Positions 53,976 through 64,000 of a stretch of 64,000 nt of DNA are shown piece by piece; position 1 is the stretch's first letter; each line of letters opens with the position of its first letter. Under the pieces are notes generated by a model. The model was not told the DNA's origin. It saw nothing but the letters and a program-made list of their open reading frames with translations, and did no database searches. The position numbers and the translations under genes are program-made. The stretch spans positions 1 to 64,000 of the forward strand of contig AP039707.1 of the NCBI GenBank assembly GCA_051599415.1, in the 5' to 3' direction. The DNA is from Savitreella phatthalungensis. Its lineage: Eukaryota.

Positions 53976-56900
53976 ATGTCCCAGCGGGCGAGCAGCACAG
54001 GCGCGAGCGCAACAACGAAAGAGCGTGCAGAATGGGCACTTTTCGATAATGTCCCATTCGCCTTGGCAGTCTACGAGCTCGAGGCAAATGGCGACGAAGA
54101 TGGCAACGAAAATATCAACATACTATATCGGAACCACGAGTTCCGCTCGAAAGCATGTGAGGAAGATATTGAGCCTCTCATGCGCTGGATCTTGTCCAGC
54201 AGCGCTGGCGAGAACCATACGCTGAAGCATAAACGGCTCATGCGGTGCTATTGCCGCCGTAGGCTTGAGAACATGCGTCCAATGTTTGCCCTGACGATGA
54301 CAGACGAGACTTTACTGGAGAATGAGGATGAAGAGAACGATGATGATGACGACGATGGCTCTCGCACATTCGATTCACGCTCGCTGTCATCGCGCTCAAG
54401 CAGTACGAGCTCCCTGCCAGACGGGCTGACCGCCATGATAGAGCGTCAAGCGCGCTTCGGCCGATCAAGCCAGCTGTGGGATTCCTTGCTACGGAAACTG
54501 GACCCGCAGGTTCAGCAGCGCATCCTCAATATTGTCAATAAGGCTTCTGCGCGCGACGAGGCAGAAGTCAATCATATTAAACTGTTGCTATCTCGCGCTG
54601 CTCGAGTCCGCGGACTAGGTCATCCACATCTTTGGTCCAAGACGTTCTGGGACATGCTTACAATCTGCTGCGAGTCCCCCTTCGCTTGCGCCATCTACTG
54701 GGGCCAGGACGCAAACTTTCTGTACAATTGGCACTTCCGCAATATCCCAGGCGACAGGCATCCGGCATGTCTCGGTGCACCAGCCGCGTCCGATGTGTGC
54801 TGGGGTGACATCTGGCCGCAAATAGGTGCGCCATTCAGGCAGACCTGGACAACAGGTGACCGACACTTTGTACAGGACGAGCTTGTACAGATGAATCGCC
54901 ACGGCTACATTGAGGAGTGTTACTTCAGCTGGTCAATCACTCGCGTCGAGTCTCACGAAGGCAGTCCCGAATGCATGTTCAACATGTGCGTCGACACGAC
55001 TGATCACGTCGTGCAGGGTCGGAGAAATCAGACCCTCGGAGATATCAATGGCCTCCAAAGGCAATTCGAAAGCGTAGCATCCTACGTCGAACGTACACTG
55101 GACATCTTACGGGACAACCCATTCGACATCCCAGCAATCGCCATCTTCTTGCCCGGTAAGACTGGCGGCAGCTATTCGTGCCTTGCAACACAAGGTTGCA
55201 CTGTCGAAGAAGCCCAGATCTTGCCCGTGATCCGGCAGGCAACGGAACAGAAAAAGTTTGTCAAGATCGATTGCCCTGCTTTCATGAGTGCAGAAGATCG
55301 TGGCTGGCAGCAGACATGTGTGGAAGCAATCGTCTATCCGATGTTCACAGACGACCGGGTCACCGCAGTTGCTGTGGCATCTATCAGCCCGATGAAGCGC
55401 TACGATGCCAGCTACGCATCCTTCTTTGACCTTCTTTTTGCCCAAATCGGCTCCGGTATCTATCACGTCGACCTTCTGGCAAAGAAGACGCAGCGTCTTG
55501 AGGCAAGCGAGTCAAAGTTCAGCAGATTGCTCGAAACCTCTCCGATCGGCATGTACGAATGCGACGCGAATGGCAACCTGATCTATGCCAATCCAGCCTT
55601 CAGAAAGCTAGTGGGTGCATCCTCTGAGCTTGACTTGCTCGACCCATTCTATGCAGAATTGCAATGGGTACATCCGGAAACGAGACCTGATCTCGAGCGT
55701 GCTGGACGCGAATTCCTCAGTGGTAGATCCGTTGATGGATTCGAATACCGCCTGACGCACGGAGAAAATGCGTGGGTGAGTGGCAGTGCGACAACTGAAT
55801 ACGACAACGAGACAGGAAAGGTGATTGGCTGCAGTGGCTACCTCGTTGACATCTCCGAGCGCCGCCAGGTCGAACTGCTCACGAATAGACGCGTGGAAGA
55901 GGCGCTCGAGGCACGTCGGCAGATGACCAACTTCATTGATATGACATCGCATGAAATGCGCAACCCCCTGTCGGCTATTCAGATGTCGTGCGACCTCATC
56001 ATCGCAAATCTCGTCAATCGCCGCAAGCTCCACAACGATCCGAAGATCTCGGCGCTCATTGCGGAAGATCTCGAGGCTCTGACAAACATTCAAATCTGTG
56101 CAGGGCACATGAATCGTGTCATCTCCGACACCATCAATGTGTCTAAGATCGATGCAGGCCTTCTGACCGTCACGCCTGTACGATCGAATGTTGCGCAAAT
56201 TCTCGCCAACCTTGTCGCCATGTTCCGCGCGGAGACACAGATGAAGGGTATCAAATTGGAAATTGATCTGGACTCGACGCTGGCGTCGTCCAAACAGGAG
56301 TACATCTTCGATCCTGCACGTTTGTCGCAGACACTCATCAACCTGATCACCAATTCGATCAAGTTCACAGCTGACGTGGAAGGGGAGCGACGGATCGTGA
56401 TCAGCAGCAAGGTGTGCGAGCAGAAGCCATTTTGTCTCGAACCTGGTCATCCTTGTCCTCGATCAGACGAGATGTATCTGTACTTCTCTGTGGCTGACAC
56501 TGGCCCGGGCATGTCGGAAGCCGAGTCTCTTCTCCTCTTCCAGCGCTTCTCACAATGCACTCCAAAGACGCACATTAAGTATGGTGGAACAGGTCTCGGC
56601 ACATTCATCTCGCGCAGGCTTACGGAGCTACAAGGCGGCGAGATCCGTTGTCGATCGACCAAGGGTAAGGGAGCACTATTCGACCTTTACATCGAAGTCC
56701 TTCCGGCACAGACGGAATCTTCCTCGCCCACGAGCGAACCAGAGCAGACTCAAATCGCGCCCGTTCGCAACGGCCACAAGACGCGGAAACACACGGATAG
56801 CGATTCCGCTCATACAATGCGCGTGCTCGTCGTCGAGGACAATCTTCTCAATCAACGATTGCTCGCAAAGCAGCTCACCAACAATCACTATGAGGTTGAG

Positions 56901-57224
56901 GTTGCCAACAACGGGCGCGAAGCTCTGGACAAGCTACGGGCTTCAACATTCGATCTCATGCTCTTGGACCGAGAAATGCCAGTGTGCAACGGGTATGAGT
57001 GCTTGCGCGAGCTTCGAGACAATGAGGCGAAAGAAGGTGTCCTCAACCACCTACCTGTCATCGCCATCAGCGCCAACGCTCGACCGGAGCAGATTGAGGA
57101 GATGCTTGGCGCAGGAGCAGATGGCTACCTGACAAAGCCATTCCGCTTCCCAGATCTGCAGCGCAAGATTGGTGAGCTATGCGGTGGCGTTGCATTGCCT
57201 CCACCCACAACAGAGCCTGCATGA
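53976..57224 (+). CDS. Hybrid sensor histidine kinase (PAS/GAF-like, PAS, HisKA, HATPase, receiver)
   Basis: H-box SHEMRNPL, N-box NLITNSIKFT, DTGPG, GGTGLG, receiver VLVVEDN...LLDREMP...KPF. Confidence 0.95.
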   Translation: MSQRASSTGASATTKERAEWALFDNVPFALAVYELEANGDEDGNENINILYRNHEFRSKACEEDIEPLMRWILSSSAGENHTLKHKRLMRCYCRRRLENMRPMFALTMTDETLLENEDEENDDDDDDGSRTFDSRSLSSRSSSTSSLPDGLTAMIERQARFGRSSQLWDSLLRKLDPQVQQRILNIVNKASARDEAEVNHIKLLLSRAARVRGLGHPHLWSKTFWDMLTICCESPFACAIYWGQDANFLYNWHFRNIPGDRHPACLGAPAASDVCWGDIWPQIGAPFRQTWTTGDRHFVQDELVQMNRHGYIEECYFSWSITRVESHEGSPECMFNMCVDTTDHVVQGRRNQTLGDINGLQRQFESVASYVERTLDILRDNPFDIPAIAIFLPGKTGGSYSCLATQGCTVEEAQILPVIRQATEQKKFVKIDCPAFMSAEDRGWQQTCVEAIVYPMFTDDRVTAVAVASISPMKRYDASYASFFDLLFAQIGSGIYHVDLLAKKTQRLEASESKFSRLLETSPIGMYECDANGNLIYANPAFRKLVGASSELDLLDPFYAELQWVHPETRPDLERAGREFLSGRSVDGFEYRLTHGENAWVSGSATTEYDNETGKVIGCSGYLVDISERRQVELLTNRRVEEALEARRQMTNFIDMTSHEMRNPLSAIQMSCDLIIANLVNRRKLHNDPKISALIAEDLEALTNIQICAGHMNRVISDTINVSKIDAGLLTVTPVRSNVAQILANLVAMFRAETQMKGIKLEIDLDSTLASSKQEYIFDPARLSQTLINLITNSIKFTADVEGERRIVISSKVCEQKPFCLEPGHPCPRSDEMYLYFSVADTGPGMSEAESLLLFQRFSQCTPKTHIKYGGTGLGTFISRRLTELQGGEIRCRSTKGKGALFDLYIEVLPAQTESSSPTSEPEQTQIAPVRNGHKTRKHTDSDSAHTMRVLVVEDNLLNQRLLAKQLTNNHYEVEVANNGREALDKLRASTFDLMLLDREMPVCNGYECLRELRDNEAKEGVLNHLPVIAISANARPEQIEEMLGAGADGYLTKPFRFPDLQRKIGELCGGVALPPPTTEPA

Positions 57225-57469
57225 TATGATCGAACAATTGTTCGAGGACAACGAATGTTGTCACGTGCATGAATTCAGGAGACAAAATTTTCCTTCCGAT
57301 TCGAATTCGCCATTGTTCGATTGAGCGATCGTTGACAACACAATTCCATCAGCACGGCGACCAATCACAGAGGACGAGCATGTCACTCTGTCAACTCTAT
57401 TTTAAATGTTCACAAGGACGTCACGAATTTCTGTACAACTAGACACAATCTCATCAACCACATTCTCTC

Positions 57470-58654
57470 ATGGATCATGCTACGGCTCCTCCTACATGTC
57501 GGCGAACATCGCTCGGCATCGTCGACAAACTGCTCTGGCTTTGGATTCTGCTGGCGATGGCGCTAGGCATCATCCTTGGCTACTTTGTGCCTAATACCTC
57601 TCGCGCACTCGACCACGCCAAATTCGTCGGAGTCTCTGCACCGATCGCAGTCGGCCTAATGGTCATGATGTTCCCTATCCTATGCAAGGTCCAGTACGAG
57701 CGCCTTCACCACGTCTTCAGGACGCGTGAAGTCTGGCGCCAGCTCGCCTTCTCGATCGTCGTCAACTGGGTCATCGCGCCACTCGTCATGGTCGGCCTTG
57801 CGTGGGCATTCCTGCCAGATCAACGTGACCTTCGCGAGGGTCTGATCCTAGTGGGCGTGGCGCGGTGCATCGCCATGGTGCTCATCTGGACAGGTCTCGC
57901 TGACGGTGATAACGAGTACTGCGCCATTCTCGTCGGCGTCAACTCTATCCTCCAGATCGTCCTCTATGCCCCATTTGCCATCCTCTACATCAACAAATTC
58001 GTGCCTGCTGGCCAGTCCGAAGACCTCCACATCTCCTACAGCACGGTCGCAGCTTCTGTGGGCGCATACCTGGGCATCCCCGTTGCCGCGGCCATCGTCG
58101 TCCGATTCGGTGTCAAGTATACGCTGGGTGACAAGTGGCTCGAGCGCGTGCTCAAGTTCCTCTCACCCTGGTCTCTGCTCGGCCTGCTGTTTACGGTGAT
58201 TGTGCTGTTTGCATCACAAGGTAAGCACGTCGTCCAGGAGATTGTGGCTGTGCTGAGGGTCGCCGCCCCACTCGTCGTCTACTTTGCCATCGCCTTCTTC
58301 ATGACCCTCTGGGCAGTGCGGAGGCTTGGATTCACCTACCCTCAAGCCGTCGCCCAGGGCTTCACAGCCTCGAGTAACAACTTCGAGCTCGCGATCGCAG
58401 TCGCTATCGCCACATACGGGATTGACTCAAGGCAGGCCCTCGCTGCGACGGTAGGTCCCCTGATTGAGATTCCTGTACTCCTCGTACTCGTCTACTTCTT
58501 CAGATGGGTTCAGGGCCGGTGGTTATGGCCCAAAGGCAGTGAGAAAGCAGATCTGTCTCGATCGCCATCACCAGCAGACCATCAACGGATCGAGCTGTCA
58601 GGAAAGCAGCAGCAGCAGCAGCAGCAATCTCAACTTGGAATGAACGCTGTCTGA
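57470..58654 (+). CDS. ACR3: Arsenite efflux transporter
   Basis: MMFPILCKV.YE, NWVIAP, ARCIAMVLIW, SNNFELAIAVA, GPLIE.PVL. Confidence 0.95.
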   Translation: MDHATAPPTCRRTSLGIVDKLLWLWILLAMALGIILGYFVPNTSRALDHAKFVGVSAPIAVGLMVMMFPILCKVQYERLHHVFRTREVWRQLAFSIVVNWVIAPLVMVGLAWAFLPDQRDLREGLILVGVARCIAMVLIWTGLADGDNEYCAILVGVNSILQIVLYAPFAILYINKFVPAGQSEDLHISYSTVAASVGAYLGIPVAAAIVVRFGVKYTLGDKWLERVLKFLSPWSLLGLLFTVIVLFASQGKHVVQEIVAVLRVAAPLVVYFAIAFFMTLWAVRRLGFTYPQAVAQGFTASSNNFELAIAVAIATYGIDSRQALAATVGPLIEIPVLLVLVYFFRWVQGRWLWPKGSEKADLSRSPSPADHQRIELSGKQQQQQQQSQLGMNAV

Positions 58655-58985
58655 GATGCACAGGCGCATCGTCCACCACCCTCCAAAACATTGCCTTCTC
58701 GGATAATCACAATTCCAAACTCTTTTACACTTCATATTCATCATACGGATAACAAGCATATGTAGGTTCAATGTACGACTCGATACGACTGAGGACGAGA
58801 TGAGCGTGTGACCCGGGAAGCCAGTGTCCAGCAGGGTCCGACGGTATGCTCGCCGACTGGTTGACTCACTGTCTCGACTGAGATGGGAGAAGCATTGCCT
58901 CACTGACACGACAGGAGACGACTGAGACCCAGAAAAAAAAAAAAGAAGAAAATCCAAAAAGAGAAGATATTGGAGAATATTTTTT

Positions 58986-59085
58986 TGATTCCTCCCGGGC
59001 TCGAACCGGAGACCTTCTGTGTCCAATCATCCTCAATTACTGAGAAATGTTAGACAGATGTGATAACCAACTACACCAAAGAACC
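58986..59085 (-). tRNA. tRNA-Val (AAC) with a 26-nt intron (59047-59022)
   Basis: GGTTCTTTGGTGTAGTTGGTTATCACATCTGTCTAACA[intron]CACAGAAGGTCTCCGGTTCGAGCCCGGGAGGAATCA forms a cloverleaf with the intron after position 37. Confidence 0.92.
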
Positions 59086-59287
59086 GATTGATGTGGGAGG
59101 CAGCCGGTCTGGGTATATGTACCCAATCTATCAAGACCTGACACTGTGATCAGGACGACGTCAAGGACAGTGTGGTCGTCAAAGATCACCTCTCTGACTC
59201 GGTCTCATAGCAGACCTTCTGGCTCAGTATCATAGCAGATTCTCTGGCTCGGTGTCACAGCAAAGAGAAGACCGCGCGCTGGCGCCC

Positions 59288-60991
59288 ATGTCGTCGCCGT
59301 CATCCTCACCATCGACTGCGTCATCTCCATCGTCCACGATACTACCATTCGGTGCGCGAATCTCACATGACTTCTGGCACGCGCTAGCTACCCTGAAGCT
59401 GGACACTCTGAAGCTTTCTGAGGCTCCCGTCTCGATCTACGGGACGTATGAGGCCGGCGCACGGTACACGCCTGGTAGACCTGCGCGACTGGATCTCGCT
59501 CTCGGTACTCCTCCGCCGAACGTGTGCGCTCTCACGGGCAACCTCTACGTCGTCAACGTCGGCGACCACCTGGCCACCCGCAAGATCGAGCTTGCCCGGG
59601 ACTCCCAGGACACCGACCTCCTCGTCATCTGCCACGCGGACCTCAAGAAGTACGTCTTCACCTACTACGTCCGGTACGCTTGCCGATCTCGACTAGCATC
59701 GTACTCCCGCATCGAGCCTCCTGACGCCACCTTCTCCACACTCGCTTCCCAGCTAGCTGCTTCCCCAGGCACGCCACACATCCTTGCAGACCCCTCCGAC
59801 CACGCTATCGCATTCATCGATCCCACGAACGGTCCGTCACCAGGCTGGCCGCTTCACAAAGCGATCTCGCTAGCGCCGACGGAGTCCACGACGGTCGATG
59901 TGGTGGGATACCGTGGACGGCGATTTCCTCCGGTGGTCTTGCGCGTTGCTCTGCAGGAAGCTACACGGATTGAGGTATGGGAGAAGGATGGATCGCCAAC
60001 GACGATCGACCTCGGATCATCGATGGATCCTGGGATACTGTCATCGCAGGCGCGTGATTTGAACTTGAAGCTGATGCGGTGGCGCGTGGCGCCTTCGCTT
60101 GATTTGGCGTCGCTGTCGTCGACGCGATGCCTGGTGCTGGGTGCTGGGACGCTTGGGTGTTATGTGGGGAGGTTGCTGGTGGCTTGGGGTGTGAATGCTA
60201 TGACGTTTGTCGATAGCGGTCGAGTGTCCTTCTCCAACCCATCTCGCCAACCGCTCTTCACCGCGGCCGACGCCGCAGCCACCACCACATCCGCTCGCGG
60301 CCTCCCGAAAGCACAGGCGGCAGCAGACAACCTCCGCGCCGTCGTCCCCACCCTCAAAACACAGGCACACCATCTCGAGATCCCAATGTCAGGTCACTCA
60401 GACGCGAAACTCACAGTCCTCGACGCCCTAGACGCTCTCGTCGCAGACCACGACGCTCTCTTCATCCTCACAGACTCGCGAGAGTCACGCTGGCTACCAA
60501 CAGTCCTCGCCACGCGTCACAACGTCCCGTGCTTCAACGCGGCGATCGGATTTGAGTCGTTTGTGGCGCTGAGGCACGGTGGTGTTGGTGGTGAGGAGGT
60601 GGGTTGTTATTTCTGCAACGATGTGGTTGCTCCGATGGATAGTTCGAAAGGGAGGTCTCTGGATGAGATGTGTACTGTGACGAGGCCTGGGATGGCGTGT
60701 TTGGCATCAGCGCACTTGGTCGAGTTGTTTGCAAGGGCGATCGGCAACCTCGAATCACCACCACACACCACAGTCAGAGGCACACTCACATCTATCGTCA
60801 CGGCGTCACCACAAAAGCTAGCACAGTGTACCGCATGTGCGCCAGACATCGCGGCACTCGATAATCACGAGCTCATCAGGTGCGTCCGCACGCCGTCTCT
60901 CGCCGAATCGATCTCGGGGCTTGCACGGTTGAGAGAGGCTGTTGACAAGATGAATGATTTTTGGGAGGATGAGGAGGAAGAGGTATTGTGA
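59288..60991 (+). CDS. ATG7: Autophagy E1-like enzyme Atg7
   Basis: FWHAL...KLD.LKL, ADLKKY.F.Y, DLNLKLMRWR..P, LGAGTLGC, TDSRESRWLPT, GCYFCNDVVAP, LDEMCTVTRPG. Confidence 0.94.
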   Translation: MSSPSSSPSTASSPSSTILPFGARISHDFWHALATLKLDTLKLSEAPVSIYGTYEAGARYTPGRPARLDLALGTPPPNVCALTGNLYVVNVGDHLATRKIELARDSQDTDLLVICHADLKKYVFTYYVRYACRSRLASYSRIEPPDATFSTLASQLAASPGTPHILADPSDHAIAFIDPTNGPSPGWPLHKAISLAPTESTTVDVVGYRGRRFPPVVLRVALQEATRIEVWEKDGSPTTIDLGSSMDPGILSSQARDLNLKLMRWRVAPSLDLASLSSTRCLVLGAGTLGCYVGRLLVAWGVNAMTFVDSGRVSFSNPSRQPLFTAADAAATTTSARGLPKAQAAADNLRAVVPTLKTQAHHLEIPMSGHSDAKLTVLDALDALVADHDALFILTDSRESRWLPTVLATRHNVPCFNAAIGFESFVALRHGGVGGEEVGCYFCNDVVAPMDSSKGRSLDEMCTVTRPGMACLASAHLVELFARAIGNLESPPHTTVRGTLTSIVTASPQKLAQCTACAPDIAALDNHELIRCVRTPSLAESISGLARLREAVDKMNDFWEDEEEEVL

Positions 60992-61039
60992 AAAGGGAAA
61001 CTTAGGGGTATAGGATTCGAGCTAGCTAAAGAAGAACTT

Positions 61040-63367
61040 TTACTCGATCTCCTCGAGTGACATGCTCGAGAGGTCTAGTCCTCTGGAGGACATTCCCCAG
61101 ACGCGTTCCGAGATTTCCAGACACCGTTCCCATCGAGCGAGTTCCTGAGGACCGATCCCAGGCACTTTGTTCTTGAAAAGGATCTGGAGGTGTCTGCCTG
61201 CAAAGTACAGCAGATCTCTCAGGAACTGGGTCGTCAATCGTACCCTACCGGTCGCAACCATAGCGTCAAAGATGTCCATGTTCCGAAGGCAGGCCTCGAC
61301 GCACGCAGCGATCGAACGTCGGACGATCTGTGGGTCGACGTCTGGTCCGGCTTTGACGCCGTTGGGGCTGACGTCGTTCAGGCCGTTTACCGAGGACTTT
61401 TCCGAGTCGTGGGAGTGGGATCGGTTGAAGGGTGAGCGGATGCCGCCTTCGACGGGCATGGACGCGTGCTGGTCTGTGATCTTGAGGTACGGCTTGATGA
61501 CGTCAAAGTGGACGTACAGCCAGCAGTACCAGAATGCGACGTTGAGGGCGAGCATGCCTGCCGCTAGCGGCTTGATCAGGCCCGTGGTCGGGTCACGGAT
61601 CTTGTCCGGCTGTGCGAGCAGGGTTGGGAAGATGCGCATCCTGATTGACTGTAATTCAGGAATCAGGGAGTGGAGAGGTCTGCCGCGCCTGCGTCGCCGG
61701 ATCGCGTCATTTTGTAGCAGTGCCAGCTCTGAAAACATCCTGGAGAAGTGCAGGTTCAGCGTGAGGTCCTCGTCGGAGATCTCCTTCCGCCGCTCACCAC
61801 TCAGGTAGTCGTACAGCAGGAAGTCGTTGTCTGCCTCTGTGAGCAGGTCGAGAGAGATGTCCTGGTTCAGATACGGATCCGTCTCTGCATCCCACCAACC
61901 GAACACTTCCGTGTAGTACTGCAGCCAGACCATCCACTTGAGCACGCCAACTTCGCGCTGTGTCCTGCCTGTGATGATGCCTTCGTTCGTGTGCAGCTTG
62001 AGCGCCTGAATCTTGGCGATCGCCATGTTCTGGATGATCTGCCTGTACGGGCCAGAGAGCTCGTCCTGCCAGTGGAAGGCGATGATGATGAGGGCAACAA
62101 TGGCGTCGATCGTCGTCTCTTCCGGCACGGTTGCGAGGATCTCGCGCTTCGCCTCGTCGTACAGCTGTCTGGCGGTGAGCGGGTCGAGCATCGAGTCTGG
62201 TCGCTGCGCACTGTATCCGGCGCCGCAAGCCATGATCGTCAACAGCAAGTATCGCGGTAGTGGAGAGGGCATGCAGCATCGGTAACGGAGGAAGACAAGA
62301 TCCTTGTCGATGATGGGCATCTGCGGGTGCGTCAAATCCATGTACTCCCGCAGCAGATGGAGTTCCATCTCCGGGGACAAGCCGCTCGAAGGTCGGACGA
62401 GCCAGTCGCTTTGCTGGACGGCGCTGCCACGTGACTTTTGTGTTCCTCGGCCGGGGCTCTCGTGATGCATCGGGTGTGCAGAGATGGTCTCGAGGAATTC
62501 GCTGCCATCTGCCTGCGAGTCGACGACACTGGGAGGCGCATGTCCATTCATGACGGAGCGGTCGCTGTCGATTTGCTGCTGCAACCCGATGCTGCCATTC
62601 GGCGTTGTCGTCGTCGATGGGATGCTCCAGGTGGGCTGCTGCTGCTGCTGTCCCTGGTGCTGCTGCATCACGTGGCCGGTTCCCTGAAGTGATGGCGCCT
62701 GATCGAGTCTGGGATCGTCAATCGCAATCATCGGATCGAAATCGTCGAGTTGTCCAAAGTCCTGAAGCATCTCGACGTGTGAAAACCCGTTGAAGCCTGT
62801 GGTGTCCATAGAATTCGGGTCCATGCCGAAAGCGTCCTGTGGGTGCATGGGCATGCCATGAATCTGTTGATGTTGTTGCTGTTGCTGGTGGTGATGATGA
62901 AGCTGCTGCTGTTGCTGTTGAGCAAGGTTGTTGCCATGCACCGCGTGAACGGGGTACGGCCTCTGTGCTTCATTCGCAACGGTCGATAGTCTGCGAGCCT
63001 GAGCCTCATTACGCTTCGCGTTGCGAATCGTGTTTTTCTGGCTGACGTAACTGAACGTGCACTTGCAATCGTTTTCCTGACATCTTGAGCACTTGTCGCG
63101 GCCCAATGCCTTCTGCTCCCTAGCGTCACACTTCTTCTTGCGCTCTCGACAGAAATCGCACGAGGACCATTGCTTTCGTGCTGTGCGAACTGCGCCGCCG
63201 CTGCTGAGTGATTGCTGCTGTGGGGATGATAGATGCTGTTGTTGCTGCTGCTGTTGGTGCTGTTGTTGTGGCTGCTGCTGTTGTTGGTGCTGGTGCTGTT
63301 GGTGCTGATGATGAAGCTGGTGCTGGTGCTGGTGCTGCGCTTGGGTCGTTTGCGTCTGCTGATCCAT
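61040..63367 (-). CDS. Zn(II)2Cys6 transcription factor with polyQ/H tracts
   Basis: SCDFCRERKKKCD...CSRCQENDCKCTF binuclear cluster and a fungal TF middle region (HPQMPIID). Confidence 0.93.
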   Translation of the reverse strand: MDQQTQTTQAQHQHQHQLHHQHQQHQHQQQQQPQQQHQQQQQQQHLSSPQQQSLSSGGAVRTARKQWSSCDFCRERKKKCDAREQKALGRDKCSRCQENDCKCTFSYVSQKNTIRNAKRNEAQARRLSTVANEAQRPYPVHAVHGNNLAQQQQQQLHHHHQQQQQHQQIHGMPMHPQDAFGMDPNSMDTTGFNGFSHVEMLQDFGQLDDFDPMIAIDDPRLDQAPSLQGTGHVMQQHQGQQQQQPTWSIPSTTTTPNGSIGLQQQIDSDRSVMNGHAPPSVVDSQADGSEFLETISAHPMHHESPGRGTQKSRGSAVQQSDWLVRPSSGLSPEMELHLLREYMDLTHPQMPIIDKDLVFLRYRCCMPSPLPRYLLLTIMACGAGYSAQRPDSMLDPLTARQLYDEAKREILATVPEETTIDAIVALIIIAFHWQDELSGPYRQIIQNMAIAKIQALKLHTNEGIITGRTQREVGVLKWMVWLQYYTEVFGWWDAETDPYLNQDISLDLLTEADNDFLLYDYLSGERRKEISDEDLTLNLHFSRMFSELALLQNDAIRRRRRGRPLHSLIPELQSIRMRIFPTLLAQPDKIRDPTTGLIKPLAAGMLALNVAFWYCWLYVHFDVIKPYLKITDQHASMPVEGGIRSPFNRSHSHDSEKSSVNGLNDVSPNGVKAGPDVDPQIVRRSIAACVEACLRNMDIFDAMVATGRVRLTTQFLRDLLYFAGRHLQILFKNKVPGIGPQELARWERCLEISERVWGMSSRGLDLSSMSLEEIE

Positions 63368-64000
63368 GGCGCGCTTCGACTCTTTCAGTCCTTTGGAGTG
63401 AGCTTGTGTTTAATCCTTGTACTCTGTCCGTTGAAGCGTCACTCTAGACTGCGGACGAGACGCGTGTCTTTGACAATGTATTTGCTGTTGTGCGGCACTG
63501 CGTGTCACAACTCCTGCCACGAGTGATAGGCTTTCCAGAACTGTTTCTTGTCCAGCCCGACGAAACGAATCGTTGCAGCGACAAAGCACCCTCTGCGCCG
63601 ACGTAGCCTGAACTGCCGCTCGTGCGAGAATCACCAGTCGGGTGTATGAAGCGTCGACCGTCAGCAATTGGCAATTCAGGGATATCAATGCTAGTGATCA
63701 CCGCCCGAAATGTTGCGTTTGGTGTGTGACAGGGCTTGCGCAGTGCAATAGGATAGCTCGTCGAAGGACAGCTCGGGGCCTGAATGTGTTGGTGATTGAC
63801 GGCAGAGCGATACCTGTGTGGGAGGAGGGTGTAAGGGCGAGCTAGCGATGGATTGCGATTGAGAGAGTGACTCTGTGACCTGTCCTGTTCTTGCTTCAGG
63901 TCGCCTGTCGCGCTTTTCCCCGGGGAAAGGCAGTGAGGACAGTGAAGGCAGTGAAAGCAGGCAGGCGAGTCGAAGGGAAAAAGCGAGAGCCTGTATAAGA

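Overview
Left end of a fungal chromosome. The genes are compact and intron-poor and look ascomycete; the Rpt3 motif [14 protein letters not shown] and the gene style suggest Taphrinomycotina (inference). Bases 1-67 are untrimmed Oxford Nanopore adapter/barcode, followed by (CCCTAA)17 and a periodic variant-telomere array. A CpG-depleted subtelomeric repeat zone then leads into an accessory region (~3.2-15.4 kb) of orphan ORFs, including a GIY-YIG endonuclease-like gene. A dense core block follows: UBP14, RPT3, tRNA-iMet, SMP3, an MFS transporter, RQC2, SUA5, a candidate H/ACA snoRNA, ADA1/HFI1, HIS7, SER1 and an F-box gene. After a second accessory island (~34.7-41.1 kb) come PMR1, a CNT transporter, a GPI cell-wall protein, a small membrane protein, a hybrid histidine kinase, ACR3, tRNA-Val(AAC), ATG7 and a Zn2Cys6 factor. 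The most striking signal is a recurring architecture of long fold-back (hairpin) loci built from coding sequence (9134-9629, 13101-13784, 39249-39722). Two of them are tandem duplicates of the neighbouring orphan gene that keep its promoter but have lost coding capacity. This looks like an endogenous hairpin-RNA silencing system against orphan genes, possibly selfish or toxic ones. The structures are seen directly in the sequence; the function is inference.
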